Shown: in pieces, positions 1 to 12,899 of the stretch
Layout of the letters: each line of letters begins with the position of its first letter
Numbering within the stretch: the first letter of the stretch is position 1
NCBI RefSeq assembly: GCF_020745735.1
Contig: NC_083438.1
Span: 38,359,949-38,423,948 of the forward strand
Reading direction: 5' to 3'
Source: Hemiscyllium ocellatum
Lineage: Eukaryota
DNA length: 64,000 nt
The notes under the pieces: generated by a model
Told to the model about the DNA's origin: nothing
Databases searched by the model: none
What the model saw: only the letters and a program-made list of their open reading frames with translations
Program-made: the position numbers and the translations under genes

Positions 1-228
1 AGGGATGTATAGGTTAGATGCATTAGTTAAGGGCTAAATATAGAGTAAGAGGGAAACATGGCTGAGTGAGCTACTCTTCTGGGGGTTGGTGGGACCTTGC
101 TCAGCTGAAGGGCCTGTTTACACACAGTAGATATTCTATGATGATAATCGACGATGATGAATATCTCCTTTTTTTTGTCACTAACCACGTTTATATTGCA
201 CCCAAAACATAGACTTCTCAATCTCCCG

Positions 229-905
229 TTACTGCCTGCCTTGCTGTGTTCCCCCAGCCTCCTGCCTGTCCCTCCTGATGCTGCCTGCCTTGCTGTGTTC
301 CCCCAGCCTCCTGCCTGTCCCTCCTGATGCTCCCTGCCTTGCTGTGTTCCCCCAGCCTCCTGCCTGTCCCTCCTGATGCTGCCTGCCTTGCTGTGTTCTC
401 CCAGCCTCCTGCCTGTCCCTCCTGGTGCTGCCTGCCTTGCTGTGTTCCCCCAGCCTCCTGCCTGTCCCTCCTGGTGCTGCCTGCCTTGCTGTGTTCCCCC
501 AGCCTCCTGCCTGTCCCTCCTGATGCTGCCTGCCTTGCTGTGTTCCCCCAGCCTCCTGCCTGTCCCTCCTGATGCTGCCTGCCTTGCTGTGTTCCCCCAG
601 CCTCCTGCCTGTCCCTCCTGATGCTGCCTGCCTTGCTGTGTTCCCCCAGCCTCCTGCCTGTCCCTCCTGATGCTGCCTGCCTTGCTGTGTTCCTCCAGCC
701 TCCTGCCTGTCCCTCCTGACGCTGCCTGGCTTGCTGTGTTCCCCCAGCCTCCTGCCTGTCCCTCCTGATGCTGCCTGCCTTGCTGTGTTCTCCCAGCCTC
801 CTGCCTGTCCCTCCTGATGCTGCCTGGCTTGCTGTGTTCTCCCAGCCTCCTGCCTGTCCCTCCTGATGCTGCCTGCCTTGCTGTGTTCCCCCACCCTCCT
901 GCCTG
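229..905. repeat. 49-bp tandem minisatellite (about 14 copies)
   Basis: Unit gatgctgcctgccttgctgtgttcccccagcctcctgcctgtccctcct. Its first half resembles the dispersed gatgctgcctgacctgctgtg...ccagc segment of Penelope-like terminal repeats. Confidence 0.95.
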
Positions 906-1654
906 TCTACCCTGGATTCCAGCCTGTGTAGTTTTTATCGTGTTGATTCTCAGTGGAGAGATAGCCCTTGGCACAACAGTTCTGTCCTGTTGGGGTTGGC
1001 TGTGTTACCCAGTGTACTGTGAGGCTGTCAGGGAACACTTCAGAAACCTTTAAACCACACGCAAACAGAGCGACAACCACAGTGCTAGAAACCGAACTTC
1101 ACACCCACTCACTGATGTGCATGTTCCACCCCCTAGCCGTAAAACCTGGTGGGGTTCAGAAGACAGCGAACAGATATAATTAGTCTGGCCATTTACAGGT
1201 TCAGTGCTGCACTGTTGCAAAACCCACAATGTGTCAGCTCTGTATTCCGCTGTCTAAAAGCTGACTCCCATGGTCACCAATTGCACTGTCACTTCATTCT
1301 CCCTGATCAGTCACGGGTTTGACCTTCAACAGAGTCGTGCAGCAGGGAAACTGGCCCTTCGGTCACACTCCTCCATTCCAGCCATGTTTCCCAAACTTAA
1401 ATCGTCCCGTGTGTCTGAATTTCCCCAGATTGGTCTAAACCTTTCCTATTCGTGTCCCTGTCTAGATGTCTTTTAAAAGCGATAACTGTGTCCACAGCTC
1501 CCACTTCTTCTGGCAGCTCATTCCATACACACACCACCCTCTTCGAAATCATTAAAGAGCTGGGCTCAGTTCTGTCCCTGCACTGAAAATGTTGTCCCTC
1601 ATGTCCCCTTTAAATCTTTCCCCTCTCACCTTAAAATTATGTCCTTCACATATA

Positions 1655-2160
1655 CAAGAGTCATAGAGATGTACAGCACAGAAACAGACCCTTCAGTCCA
1701 ACCCGTCCATGCTGACCCAGATATCCCAACCCAATCTCATCCCACCTTCCAGCACCCAGCCCATATCCCTCCAAACCCTTCCAATTCATATACCCATCCA
1801 AATGCCTCTTAAATGTTACAATTGTACCAGCCTCCACCACTTCCTCTCACAGCTCATTCCAAGTTGCCCCTCATTTCTCTTGTATATCTTTCCCCTTCTC
1901 ACCCTAAACCTACGCCCTCTCGTTCTGGACTCCCCACCCCAGGGAAAAGACTTGGTCTATTTATCCTATCCATGTCCCTCATAATTTTGTAAACCTCTGT
2001 AAGGTTAACCCTCAGCCTCCGACGCTCCAGGGAAAACAGCCCCAGCCTGTTCAGCCTCTCCCTGGAGCTCAGATCCTCTAACCCTGGCAACATCCTTGTA
2101 AATCTTTTCTGAACCCTTTCAAGTTTCACAACATCTTTCCGATAGGAAGGAGACCAGACC
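1655..2160 (-). mobile_element. CR1/HER1-type LINE 3' fragment
   Basis: ORF 1899-2168 (KLERVQKRFTRMLPGLEDLSSRERLNRLGLFSLERRRLR) plus the 3' tail ending in tctatgactc. Confidence 0.9.
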
Positions 2161-4797
2161 TTATCCATGGAGCAGCATTGTCACACTGCATTGACTGTGT
2201 TGCCACTCTAAGCTAATCCCATCTGCTGGTTCCTAGCCCTGTATTCCCAACCTGTTCATATGTCTGTCCAAATGTCTCTTAAATGTTATTATCATATTAT
2301 ATTGCCCACACCTTTACAGGGTCAATGATACAGCATACTAACTGATTTGAAAGCTTTCCCTTTAAGCCATTTGACAGACCCACTCCCCCTTTGAAGGAGC
2401 TGTGAACGTACACAGTTGGGTGGTCACCACTGGGCACTCTGTGCTGGCCGAGCCAGTAATATCCCCACACACCTCCCCCCTCCCACCCCAACGTGTCAGG
2501 GTGATGCACTTACATTTCAAATGATCTGCAGATAATCGAGCAAAATGATCAGGGAGTAGTTAGGGTCTGGACGACGCTGTCTGGGAATGTTGGGGGAGGG
2601 GGGGAAGCCAAGTTAGATCTAAGCGCTATTTGGAAAGGTGGGTGCAGGGACAAGGCGGGAGAGTGGGCACGCGGTGATAGAACCAGTGCCGAAACAGTTG
2701 GCCGAATGGCCTCCCAGTGTGGTTCTAGGAGGCAGGTTCCCGAGAGGTGGGTTTCTCTTGGTTCTTCCAACTGGCCGCCAGTGGCGCATTGGAAGGAGAG
2801 TTGGTGGGTCGACGCAGTGAGCCGTTCGCAGATGGTACTTGGTGTTTCAGTGGCGTGAATATGAAATATGACAATGGGGGGGGTGAGGGCATACTGATTG
2901 CCCTGTTTGCCAATCACGGGAAGGTTATGGACTGTTACTTATTGTGAAGATGAATCCATTAGAACACGTTCTCCTTGTGCTGTACAGCTCTTTGTTCTAT
3001 GTTCATCTGTGGAGCATCTGTCGAGCAGTTGATCTGAATGGCTTGTACTTGCACCATGGATTTATAGCATCACAGAGCATGGAAACAGGCCCATCATTCA
3101 TAGAACACAGAACATAGAACATTGCAGCGCAGTACAGGCCCTTCGGCCCTCGATGTTGCACCGACCTCTTATCTAAAGCCCATCCAACTATTCCATGGTC
3201 ATCCATATTAAGATTAGAGCAGTGCTGGAAAAGCACAGCAGCTTAGGGAGCATCTGAAGAGCAGGAACATCGACCTTTTGGGCAAAAGCCCTTCACCAGC
3301 CCTTCACATCCTGATGAAGGGCTCATGCCCGAAATGTCGATTTTCCTGCTCCTCGGATGCTGCCTGATCTGCTGTGCTTTTCCAGCAACACATTTTCAGC
3401 TCGGATCTCCAGCATCTGCAGTCCTCACTTTCTCCTAGAAAAGCGCAGCAGGTCAGGCAGCATCCGAGGAGCAGGAGAATCGACGTTTCGGGCATGAGCC
3501 CTTCTTCAGGAATCCTACCAGTGTGGATACTGAAGTTGAAAATTAAGTAGCCTCCTGTCACCACTGCCCATTGCTGTTCAAAGCCCATCAGCCTCACTGA
3601 GGGAAGGGAAATCTGTTTCTTTGGAATCATAGAATTCCTAGAGTGTGGGAATGGGCAAGTCCACCCCAACCCTCTGAAAAGTATCCCACCCAGAACCCAA
3701 ACTCCTGAAGAAAGGCTTATTCCCGAAACATCGATTCTCCTGATCCTCGGATGCTGCCTGACCTACTGCGCTTTTCCAACAACACACTCTCGTCTCTGAT
3801 CTCCAGCATCTGCAGTCCTCACTTTCTCCTCCTTAAAGTTGGTGAGTGTACTCCTGTTGCAGGTAGTGCCTTCCATACCCCTCCTACTCTCTGAGTAAAG
3901 AACCTACCTCTGATATCTTGCCTATGTCTAACACCCCTCAATTTAAAGCTATTTCCCCTCATGCTAGCCATCACCATCCGAGGAAAATGGCTCTCACTGT
4001 CCACCCGATCTAACCCTCTGATCATTCCAACCAGTCTTTGTCAAACTTAATCCCCAAACTAAACTCATCCCAGCTGCCTGCTCCTGGCCCATCTCCCTCC
4101 AACCCTTTCCTGTCCATGTCCTTATCCAAATCCCTTTTAAACGTTGTAACTGTCCCCACACCCCCTGACTTCCTCAGGAAGGTCATTCCACACACGGACC
4201 ACCCTCTGGGGAAAATAATTGCCCCTCCTATCTTTTTTAAATCTCTCTCCTCTCACTTTTAAATATTCCCCCTTAGTCTTGAAATTCCCCCACCCTACAG
4301 AAAAGAACAACTAATATTAACCCTATCTATACCCCTCATGAACTTATAAGGTCACCCCTCCAATGAAAAACTGTCTCAGCCTTTCATTATACCTCAGATC
4401 TTCCATTCCCAGAAAATCCTTATACTGAGTTCTGAACGGTTATGTCCCTGTTGGTTAACTATCATTGAGTTAAATCAGTGCGAGACGCCAAGGAATATAT
4501 GCATGCATTCCTGTCTTTACAGGAAACAATTAGACAATTAGCATAACGCAACAGAGGTATTGGAATCTGTGCTGTGTCTGCACCAGAAATTAATTCACAT
4601 GAAATTATTGTAATTATAGAAAGTCATTTGTGTAATGTTTTGACGAAACGGGTCTGAACAACACTTAGTTTGTTCTATTACAAATTTTATTAATAGTATC
4701 AGGGTGGGGGAGAAAAATGATTTCAAATACTAACCACAAAACCAATCAGGAAATTCTACAAACAACAGCAACAGCAACCAATACTTGTACCACATAA

Positions 4798-5105
4798 CGG
4801 GCGACACAGTGGCACAGTGGTTAGCACTGCTGCCTCACAGCGCCAGGGACACGGGTTCAATTCCCGACTCAGGCAACTGTCTGTGTGGAGTTTGCACATT
4901 CTCCCCGTGTCTGTGTGGGTTTGCTCCGGGTGCTCTGGTTTCCTCCCACAGTCCAAAGATGTGAGGGTCAGGTGAATTGGCCATGACTAAATTGCCCGAA
5001 GTGTTAGATAAGGGGTAAATGCAGGGGTATGGGTGGGTTGCGCTTTGGTGGGTCGGTGTGGACTTGTTGGGCCGAAGGGCCTGTCTCCACACTGAAAGTA
5101 ATCTA
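4798..5105 (+). mobile_element. tRNA-derived V-SINE (HE1-like)
   Basis: A box tggcacagtgg, B box gggttcaattccc, V-domain tgtgtggagtttgcacattctccccgtgtct, and a 3' end resembling the CR1 tail (gggccgaagggcctgt). Confidence 0.9.
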
Positions 5106-5174
5106 ATTTAATAAATGCTAGGCTATGACCTTCAGCAATAAGACAGAACCTAACCACTGCATCATGATTTTCAA

Positions 5175-6200
5175 TGGTGTTATCATCACTGATTTCGCCT
5201 GGGGAACATCCTGGGGGTATTATTGACCAGAAACTCAACTGGACCCACCACATAACCCCAGCGGCTCCAAGAGCAGGTCAGAGGCTAGGAATCCTGCAGC
5301 GAGTAACTCCCCTCCCGACTCCCCCCAAAGCCTGTCCCACCATCGACAAGGCCCAAGGCAGGAGGGGGAGGGAATACTCCCCACTTGCCCCTGGATGGGG
5401 GCAGCTCCAACAACACTCAAGAAGCTCGACACCATCCAGGGACAAAGCAGCCCCCGCTGGATTGGCCCCACACCCACAAACATCCCCTCCCTCCCCCCAC
5501 CGACACTCAGTAACAGCAGTGTGTACCATCCCCTCCCTCCCCCCACCCCCCCTCAGTAACAGCAGTGTGTACCATCCCCTCCCTCCCCCCACCCCCCCTC
5601 AGTAACAGCAGTGTGTACCATCCCCTCCATCCCCCCACCAACCCTCAGTAACAGCAGTGTGTACCTTCCCCTCCATCCCCCCACCAACCCTCAGTAACAG
5701 CAGTGTGTACCATCCCCTCCCTCCCCCCCACCCCCCCCCTCAGTAACAGCAGTGTGTACCATCCCCTCCCTCCCCCCACCCCCCCCTCAGTAACAGCAGT
5801 GTGTACCATCCCCTCCCTCCCCCCCACCACCCCCTCAGTAACAGCAGTGTGTACCATCCCCTCCCTCCCCCCCACCCCCCCACCCCCCTCAGTAACAGCA
5901 GTGTTGTACCAGTTACTCTCAGGCAGCACCTTCCAAACCCACGGCCACTTCCATCTGGAAGGACAAGGGGCAGCAGGTACATGGGAACCCCACTCCCCTG
6001 CAAGTTCCCCTCCGAACCCCTCACCATCCCGACTTGGAAATCTATCGGCTGTTCCTTCCTGGGACAGAATCCTGGGATTCCCTCCCTCAGGGACATTGTG
6101 GGTCTACCCTACAGCACATGGACTGCAGCGGGTCAAGATGGCTACTTCTCAAGGGGGACAACTAGGGACGGGTATTGGGCCCAGCCAACAATGTGAATAA
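5175..6200 (+). mobile_element. CR1/L2-clade LINE 3' part with an internal C-rich minisatellite (about 5500-5910)
   Basis: KLNWTHHI..AAPRAGQRLGILQRVT...EYSPLA resembles a degenerate RT C-terminus; contains an approximately 45-bp unit cagtaacagcagtgtgtaccatcccctccctccccccacccccct. Confidence 0.75.
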
Positions 6201-6249
6201 AGAAAACGAACTGTGCTCAATCTCTGTTTCTCTTTACATTTTTTATTAG

Positions 6250-6594
6250 ATGGTGCTGTTGTGACTGTGTACACCTTGGAGTCTGTGTACGGGAATCGGG
6301 ACCAGACGGTGATCCTCCCATGTCGCCTCATCGTTTCCGGTCCTGAGGTGAACGTGGTCTCTGTAACCTGGAAGGGTCCAAACGGGACCAACATTGCTGT
6401 GTACAGCCCTCAGCACGGGGTCAATTACCCAGGAGAGGGTAACTCCAGTCTCATTTCATTCCAAAACCCTTCGAAGGAAGATGCCACACTGGTGATCAGA
6501 AACTTGAGCAGAAGAGACGCCGGACTCTATGCCTGTTCCTGGACAACGTATCCGGACGGAATCTTTTCGAGTGAAACGGTGTTGACTATTTCAG
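6250..6594 (+). CDS. Gene A IgV exon (nectin/PVR-family receptor, CD226/CD96/TIGIT-like V domain)
   Basis: Acceptor ttttattag| and donor tcag|gtgagg; 345 nt, phase 1-1. Encodes DGAVVTVY...TVILPCRL...VSVTWK...IAVYSPQHG...DATLVIRNLSRRDAGLYACSWTTYPDG...VLTIS, with V-set Cys/Trp/DxGxYxC, the AX6G motif and the TYP motif of the PVR family. Confidence 0.93.
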
Positions 6595-6959
6595 GTGAGG
6601 GAAGCAACACTGGACAGCACTTTGTGCAGAGGTAACAATACGATGGCAGCATTTGAGGAATCCCTGGGTTGCTACACCAGGAACCCGTCTCTTTGGCAGA
6701 GAGCTGCAATTGCAGAGGAATTGACGGATATGTCTGGAATGTGACTGTATCAGTGTTAGTGACCATAAAATGATTATTGATCACAAGGAAAAAAAACCCT
6801 AAAGTTGGTGGTTATCAGCAGTGTTCTGTCCGATATGTAACTCCAGACCCACAGCGATGTCACTGACTCCGAGAGTCCCTCCAGTGCAGAAAGAGGCCAT
6901 TCGGCCAATCACGTCTACACCGGGACTGCAAAGAGCATCCACCTCCCTCCAACCTTGTG

Positions 6960-7515
6960 TTTCCCATGGCCAATCCACCCTAAGCTGCACATCCCTGGGC
7001 ACTATGGGACAATTTCCCATGGTCAATCCACCCTAGCCTACACATCCCTGGGCACTATGGGACAATTTCCCATGGCCAATCCACCCTAACCTGCACATCC
7101 CTGGACACTATGTGACAATTTAGCATGGCCAATCCACCCTAACCTGCACATCCCTGGGCACTATGGGACAATTTCCCATGGCCAATCCACCCTAACCTGC
7201 ATATCCCTGGGCACTATGGGACAATTTCCCATGGCCAATCCACCCTAACCTGCACATCCCTGGGCACTATGGGACAATTTAGCATGGCCAATCCACCCTA
7301 ACCTACACAACCCTGGGCACTATGGGACAATTTAGCATGGACAATCCACCCTAGCGTGCAAATCTTTGGACTGTGGGAGGAAACCAGAGCACCTGAAGTA
7401 AACCCCCACAGACACGGGGAGGATGTACAAGCTCCACACAGACAGGTGCCCGAGGCTGGAATCGAATTCGGGTCCCTGGCGCTGTGAGGCAGCAGTGCTA
7501 ACCACCGTGCCACCC
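6960..7515 (-). repeat. V-SINE with expanded 53-bp internal tandem repeat (about 7 units)
   Basis: Unit ccctaacctgcacatccctgggcactatgggacaatttcccatggccaatcca, followed by the SINE head at 7345-7515. Confidence 0.9.
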
Positions 7516-7534
7516 TGAGAGCGAGCCTGGCCCT

Positions 7535-7800
7535 CCAACAACCATGATCATCTCCCTGCGTATCAGCTATGACTCCAACCGTTCGAGACTTTGCCCCCCG
7601 ATACCCATTGAATCCAGCTTTACCAGCGCTCCGTGATACCGCACTCGGTCGAATGTGGCCTTGATGTCAAGAACTGTCACTCTCCCCTCCCCTCGCTCAA
7701 TTTAGCCTGTGGTGAGCCAAGGCTAGACTGAGGTCAGGAGCTGAGTGGTCCAGGTGGAACCCAAGCTGGGCAGGTCATTGCTGAGCAGGTGCTGGTAGCA
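7535..7800 (-). mobile_element. Degenerate LINE RT fragment
   Basis: Minus-strand translation VLDIKATFDRV..GALVKLDSMGIGG resembles the CR1/L2 RT motif LDI.KAFD.V. Confidence 0.6.
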
Positions 7801-8609
7801 GCACTGTTTTGTAATATGGCGTGCGTCAGTGTGTGCTGAATTGCCTCAAATAGAAGCAATTAAATCAGGCAATATTCAAATGCGGTTGAAGTGCATCACT
7901 TTTTCTTCCTCTATCTTAGAGTCACTTCCTTTTTTAGCTGCCAGTTCTCCCCAATATTTGTAAACACTGCAAACGCTCAATCACACTTCCTGAGTCAAAA
8001 AACCCTGATGTTACTGGAACTTCAACAGAAAGGGTATTTTCTTTTCTTTTTTTGTCACTGGCTATGCCACCATCTCTCGCCCACATTTTACCCAATTTAT
8101 AAAATGTCTGAACAAGGTAGTAGGTTAGGGGATAATAGTGGGCTACTGAATGGCCGATGCAGTGCATTGACATGGACAGCATGGAAACAGGCCCTTCGGC
8201 CCATCTCATCTGTGCTGACAAGATATCTAAATTAATCACAGAAGCCCTACAGTGTGGAAACAGGCCCTTCGGCCCAACAAGCCCATACTGGCCCTCTGAA
8301 GAGTAACACAACCAAACTCATTCCCTGATACTCTACCTTTACACCTGACTAATGCACCTAAACTAATTAAAAATCACACAACAGCTCAAACCTGTTGGAC
8401 TATAACCTGTTAGGAGAAAGTGAGGTCTGCAGATGCTGGAGATCAGAGCTGAAAATGTGTTGCTGGAAAAGCGCAGCAGGTCAGGCAGCATCCAAGGAGC
8501 AGGAGATTTGACGTTTCGGGCATGAGCCTTTCTTCAGGACTATAACCTGGTGTTGTGTGATTTTCTTAATTTTGTACACCCCAGCTCAACACTGGTACCT
8601 CCAAATTGC

Positions 8610-9200
8610 ACCAACCTGCACATCCCTGGACACTATGGGTAATTTCCCATGGTCAATCCACTCTAACCTACACATCCCTGGGCACTATGGGACAATTTCC
8701 CATGGCCAATCCACCCTAACCTGCACATCCCTGGGGACTATGGGACAATTTCCCATGGCCAATCCACCCTAACCTGCACATCCCTGGGCATTACAGGACA
8801 ATTTCCCATGGCCAATCCACCCTAACCTGCACATTCCTGGGCACTATGGGACAATTACCCATGGCCAATCCAGTGTAACCTGCACATCCCTGGGCACTAT
8901 GGGACAATTTCCCATGGCCAATCCACCCTAACCTGCACATCCCTGGACACTATGGGACAATTTCCCATGGCCAATCCACCCTAACCTGCACATCCCTGGA
9001 CACTATAGGACAATTTCCCATGGCCAATCCACCCTAACCTGCACATCTTTGGATTGTGGGAGGAAACCGGAGCCCCTGAAGGAAACCCACGCAGACACGG
9101 GGAGAATGTGCAAACCCCACACAGACAGTCACCTGAGGGTGAGATCAAACCCGGGTCCCTGGTACCCTGAGGCATCAGTGCTAACCACTGAGCCACCTAA
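8610..9200 (-). repeat. V-SINE with 53-bp internal array (about 8 units)
   Basis: Same 53-bp unit, with the SINE head at 9050-9200. Confidence 0.9.
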
Positions 9201-9204
9201 CCCA

Positions 9205-10260
9205 TTTGCTAGCAGTTGGTCTATAAACCCTTCCTGTTCATATACCCATCCAGATGCCTTTTAAATGTTGTCATTGTACCACTTCCTCTGGCAGCTCATT
9301 CCATACACGTACCACCCTCTGTGTGATAAAGTTGCTCCCCAAGTCCCTTTTAAATCTTTCCCCCCTCACCTTCAATCTAGTTCTGGACTCCCCCACCCTG
9401 GAGAAAGACTTTGTCAGTTCACCCTATCCATGTCCCTCACGATTTTATAAACCTCTATGAGGTCATCGGTTTAGATAAATGGGAGGTGTTGCGTTTTGGG
9501 TAAACGAACAAGGGCAGAGCTTATACAGTTAATGGTTGGGCCCAGGGTGGTGCTGTAGAACAGAGGGACCTGGGGTTCAGGGACACAATCCTTTGACAGG
9601 GAGGTTAACAATGGATTTAGCACACTTCCCTTCATTGCTCAGCCCTTTGAGTGTAGGAGTTGGGAACGTCACATTGAGGTTGTACAGGACATTGGTGAGG
9701 CCCCTTCTGGAATACTGTGTCCAGTTCTGGTCACCCTGTTATAGGACAGATATTATTATACTGGAGAGGGTTCAGGAGAGATTTCCCAGGATGTTGCTGG
9801 GAATGGGAAGGTTTGAGTTATAAAGAAAGGCTGGATAGGCTGGGACTTCTTTCACTGGAGCGTAGGAGGCTGAGGGGTGACCTATTAGAGGTTTATAAAA
9901 TCAGGACGGGCACGGCTAGAGTAAATAGCAGGTGTCCTTTCCCTAGGATGGAGGGCTTCAAGACTAGGGGGAGATGGGGGTTTATTTTTAAGGTGAGAGG
10001 AGAAGGATTTAAAAAAGGCATGAGGAGGAGATTTTTTTCACACAGAGGGCTTTGTGTGTGGAATGAACTTCCTGAGAAAGTGGTGGATGTAGGTGCAATT
10101 ATAATGTTTAAAAGACATTTGAATAAGGACCTGAATAGGAAAGGGTTGGAGGGACCTGGGCCAGGAGCAGGCAGGGGGGACTAGTTTAGTTTGGGCACAT
10201 GGTCAGTAAGGACTGGTTGGACCGAAGGGTCTGTTTCTGTGCTGTCTGACTCTATGACTG
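9205..10260. mobile_element. Two CR1 3' fragments in opposite orientation (about 9205-9460 minus; about 9465-10260 plus)
   Basis: [17 protein letters not shown]...ERLDRLGLLSLERRRLRGDL motifs and a 3' tail ending in ctctatgac. Confidence 0.85.
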
Positions 10261-10274
10261 GGAGAGACAATGAT

Positions 10275-10560
10275 CTAATGTTATTACCGCAATTACCACA
10301 GAGACTCAGCTAATGTTCTGGGAGTCAGGTTCAAATCCCACCATGGTGAAATTTGAATTCAGTTAAGAATCTTGAGTTAAGAGTCTAATGATGACCACAA
10401 ATCCATTGTCTGAGAAACCCATCTGGTTCACTAATGTCCTTCAGGGAAGGAAACTGCCATCCTTACCTGGTCTGGGCCTCCATGTGACTCCACACCCACA
10501 GTGATGTGGTTGACTCTTAACTACCCTCTGGGCAATTAGGGATGGGGAATAAATGCTGGG
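10275..10560 (+). mobile_element. Second SINE family (DeuSINE/SacSINE1-like by recollection); further copies at about 14095-14345 (-) and 30960-31150 (+)
   Basis: Shared core cccatctggttcactaatgtccttcagggaaggaaa...gtgactcca...gtggttgactct. The family name is an inference. Confidence 0.6.
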
Positions 10561-10741
10561 GCTAGCCAGAGGCAGATGCATCCTGAGAGTGAATAAATAA
10601 AAAATCTCTCAAAACTTACATCACGATATATTTTTGCTTGCCATGGAGATGATATTGGATACAGGACAGCCAGTGTTATATTTCACATACATTTATTCAT
10701 GGATTTCCTTCTGCCTATTGGAAATGTACTTGCTCTTCCAG

Positions 10742-10861
10742 AGGATACCCCGGTAAGATTCCGAGTGTACGTTATCCTTGCGGTCATCTGCCTGGTGCTG
10801 CTGCTTGGTCTGCTGTTATTGGCGTACGCGTTGGTGAGCTGGGTGAGCCAACACCTTCAGG
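10742..10861 (+). CDS. Gene A transmembrane exon
   Basis: Acceptor tgctcttccag| and donor g|gtaagt; 120 nt, phase 1-1. Encodes EDTPVRFRVYVILAVICLVLLLGLLLLAYALVSWVSQHLQ, a long uncharged hydrophobic stretch in frame with the V exon. Confidence 0.88.
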
Positions 10862-10992
10862 GTAAGTTGACTGTTAAATGTGAACCACGACGACAAGTTG
10901 TATCAATGCTCACAGGTTTCCCGGTGATGTCACTGACGGACACAGAGCTGCATGTTCACCTCCCGGTCAACACACAGAATGGTTATAGTTAG

Positions 10993-11188
10993 NNNNNNNN
11001 NNNNNNNNNNNNNNNNNNNNNNNNNNNNNNNNNNNNNNNNNNNNNNNNNNNNNNNNNNNNNNNNNNNNNNNNNNNNNNNNNNNNNNNNNNNNNNNNNNNN
11101 NNNNNNNNNNNNNNNNNNNNNNNNNNNNNNNNNNNNNNNNNNNNNNNNNNNNNNNNNNNNNNNNNNNNNNNNNNNNNNNNNNNNNNNN
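10993..11188. other. Assembly gap
   Basis: Run of N flanked by GATA-type microsatellite; a second gap lies at 11297-11444. Both are in gene A's post-TM intron. Confidence 0.99.
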
Positions 11189-11950
11189 AGATTTTTAGAT
11201 AGATAAACAGATAGAAAGATTTTCACAGTTTTTTTTAGATAGTTAGATTTCAAGGATTGTTCAAATACATAGATAAATAGATACATATTGACCAATNNNN
11301 NNNNNNNNNNNNNNNNNNNNNNNNNNNNNNNNNNNNNNNNNNNNNNNNNNNNNNNNNNNNNNNNNNNNNNNNNNNNNNNNNNNNNNNNNNNNNNNNNNNN
11401 NNNNNNNNNNNNNNNNNNNNNNNNNNNNNNNNNNNNNNNNNNNNTGGATAGATGGATAGGCAGTGAATAGATAGTTAGATAAATAGATAGATAGATAGAT
11501 AGATAGTGGGCGGCACGGTGGCACAGTGGTTAGCACTGCTGCCTCACAGCACCTGAGACCCGGGTTCAATTCCCGACTCAGGTGACTGTGTGGAGTTTGC
11601 ACGTTCTCCCTGTGTCTGCGTGGGTTTCCTCCGGGTGATCCGGTTTCCTCCCACAGTCCAAAGATGTGCGGGTCAGGTGAATTGGCCATGCTAAATTGCC
11701 CGTAGTGTTAGGTAAGGGGTAAATGTAGGGGTATGGGTGGGTTTCGCTTCGGCGGGTCGGTGTGGACTTGTTGGGCCGAAGGGCCTGTTTCCACACTGTA
11801 AGTCTAAGTCTAATAGATAGATATTCAAAGAATATTTTGGGTAGCTAAATATTCACAGACTTTTAGATAGGTAGATAGAAAAATAGATAGAAAGATAGAT
11901 ATTCACAGATTTCTCAGCAGATAGGTAAATAGATAGGTAGATAAATAATG
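11189..11950. repeat. (GATA)n-like microsatellite tract with a full V-SINE inserted at about 11508-11810
   Basis: atagatagat arrays on both sides; SINE with A/B boxes and a taagtc tail. Confidence 0.88.
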
Positions 11951-12224
11951 GTGACATGAGTTGCTAACTGGCCTAGATTATCATAGGTATGTGGATAGGA
12001 CAGTGAGTAATTAGGAAATTATGCACGGAAAGTTAATTATTTACCATCCATTGACACGCCGTTGAGTGTGATTGTGTATCATAGATGGTTGTATTGGGAG
12101 GGCAGACCGAGGAGCCTAGTTCAATTGAAGGGCAGGTGATGTGTTTGAGTCAGCATTGAATTATACTCAGAAGATTTGGCAATTACTAACTAGGCCCTTT
12201 AATATTCTTTTCCTTGCGGTTTAG

Positions 12225-12262
12225 TTGCTGGGAGGAACTCAAAGGAGACGGACCTGGATGAG
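12225..12262 (+). CDS. Gene A first cytoplasmic exon
   Basis: Acceptor ttcttttccttgcggtttag| and donor gag|gtatga; 38 nt, phase 1 to 0. Encodes VAGRNSKETDLDE and supplies exactly the phase change needed between the TM exon and the ITIM exon. Confidence 0.72.
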
Positions 12263-12899
12263 GTATGAACTACAAAAGTCTTTTTGATATTCCAGAGCAA
12301 TACGATGGAGCTCGGTAACAGTGTGTGGGGACTAAATCAATCAGATCATTGGTTCATAGCAGAAAAAGATAGGATCTGAATGAGCAACATTGAGGGAGGT
12401 GAGGGTGGAGATGACAGTTTATGGCTGAGGTACCATTCTGCATCCCAGGATATGCTGGGATTGCTGGTCACACCCAGCTCAGAGTTACTGCTCTCTCCCA
12501 TTTGACATTGCATGTCCCTGGGGAGGTATCTTGTCGTGTCCCTTCCTGTTGTCCAAGAGGACTGGGTTATAGTCCTGTCTGCTCCAGAGGTGGGTGCCAA
12601 CATTGCCAAACAGACAATATCTACAGCAAATCCCCTGGGGATATGAGTAGGTACCGTTCCTGAGTGCAGTTGTAAGTCAAATTGTACACAAGTTGGAACA
12701 CAGAACAGCACAGCATATAATATCTGTATAAATGGACCTTGGAAAGATGGGACCTCCTCTGTAAGTATGACCACCCCTCTGTAGGTCCACCTCTATGCTC
12801 ATGGAATTAAGTTCTGTTTGAGCACAATGTTTAAGGCTGACTTTCCAGTGGATACCCGGATGATGTTGTACCGTAGGAAGGTGACAACTTCTGGCTTTG

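Noticed and set aside
27-974. 315-aa and 221-aa ORFs, and similar ones at 20404-20909
   Set aside because: They are translations of the stop-poor 49-bp minisatellite, with no splice or domain support.
2950-3030. MNPLEHVLLVLYSSLFYVHLWSICRA as gene A's leader
   Set aside because: No phase-1 GT donor follows, and it borders repeat sequence. The gene A leader remains unlocated.
4523-4556. Exon-like 34-nt segment with good AG/GT sites
   Set aside because: It has stops in all three frames, so it cannot be the coding leader. A UTR exon is not excluded but is unsupported.
4798-4880. tRNA gene suggested by A and B boxes
   Set aside because: It is the tRNA-derived head of a V-SINE and continues directly into the SINE body.
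10834-10848. Alternative gtgagc donors inside gene A's TM exon
   Set aside because: The gtaagt donor at 10862 is a full consensus and gives the phase that fits the downstream exons.
12346-12774. EWYL in a minus-strand ORF as a nectin afadin-binding motif
   Set aside because: It is internal rather than C-terminal, not EWYV, and lies in degenerate repeat-like sequence on the wrong side of the locus.
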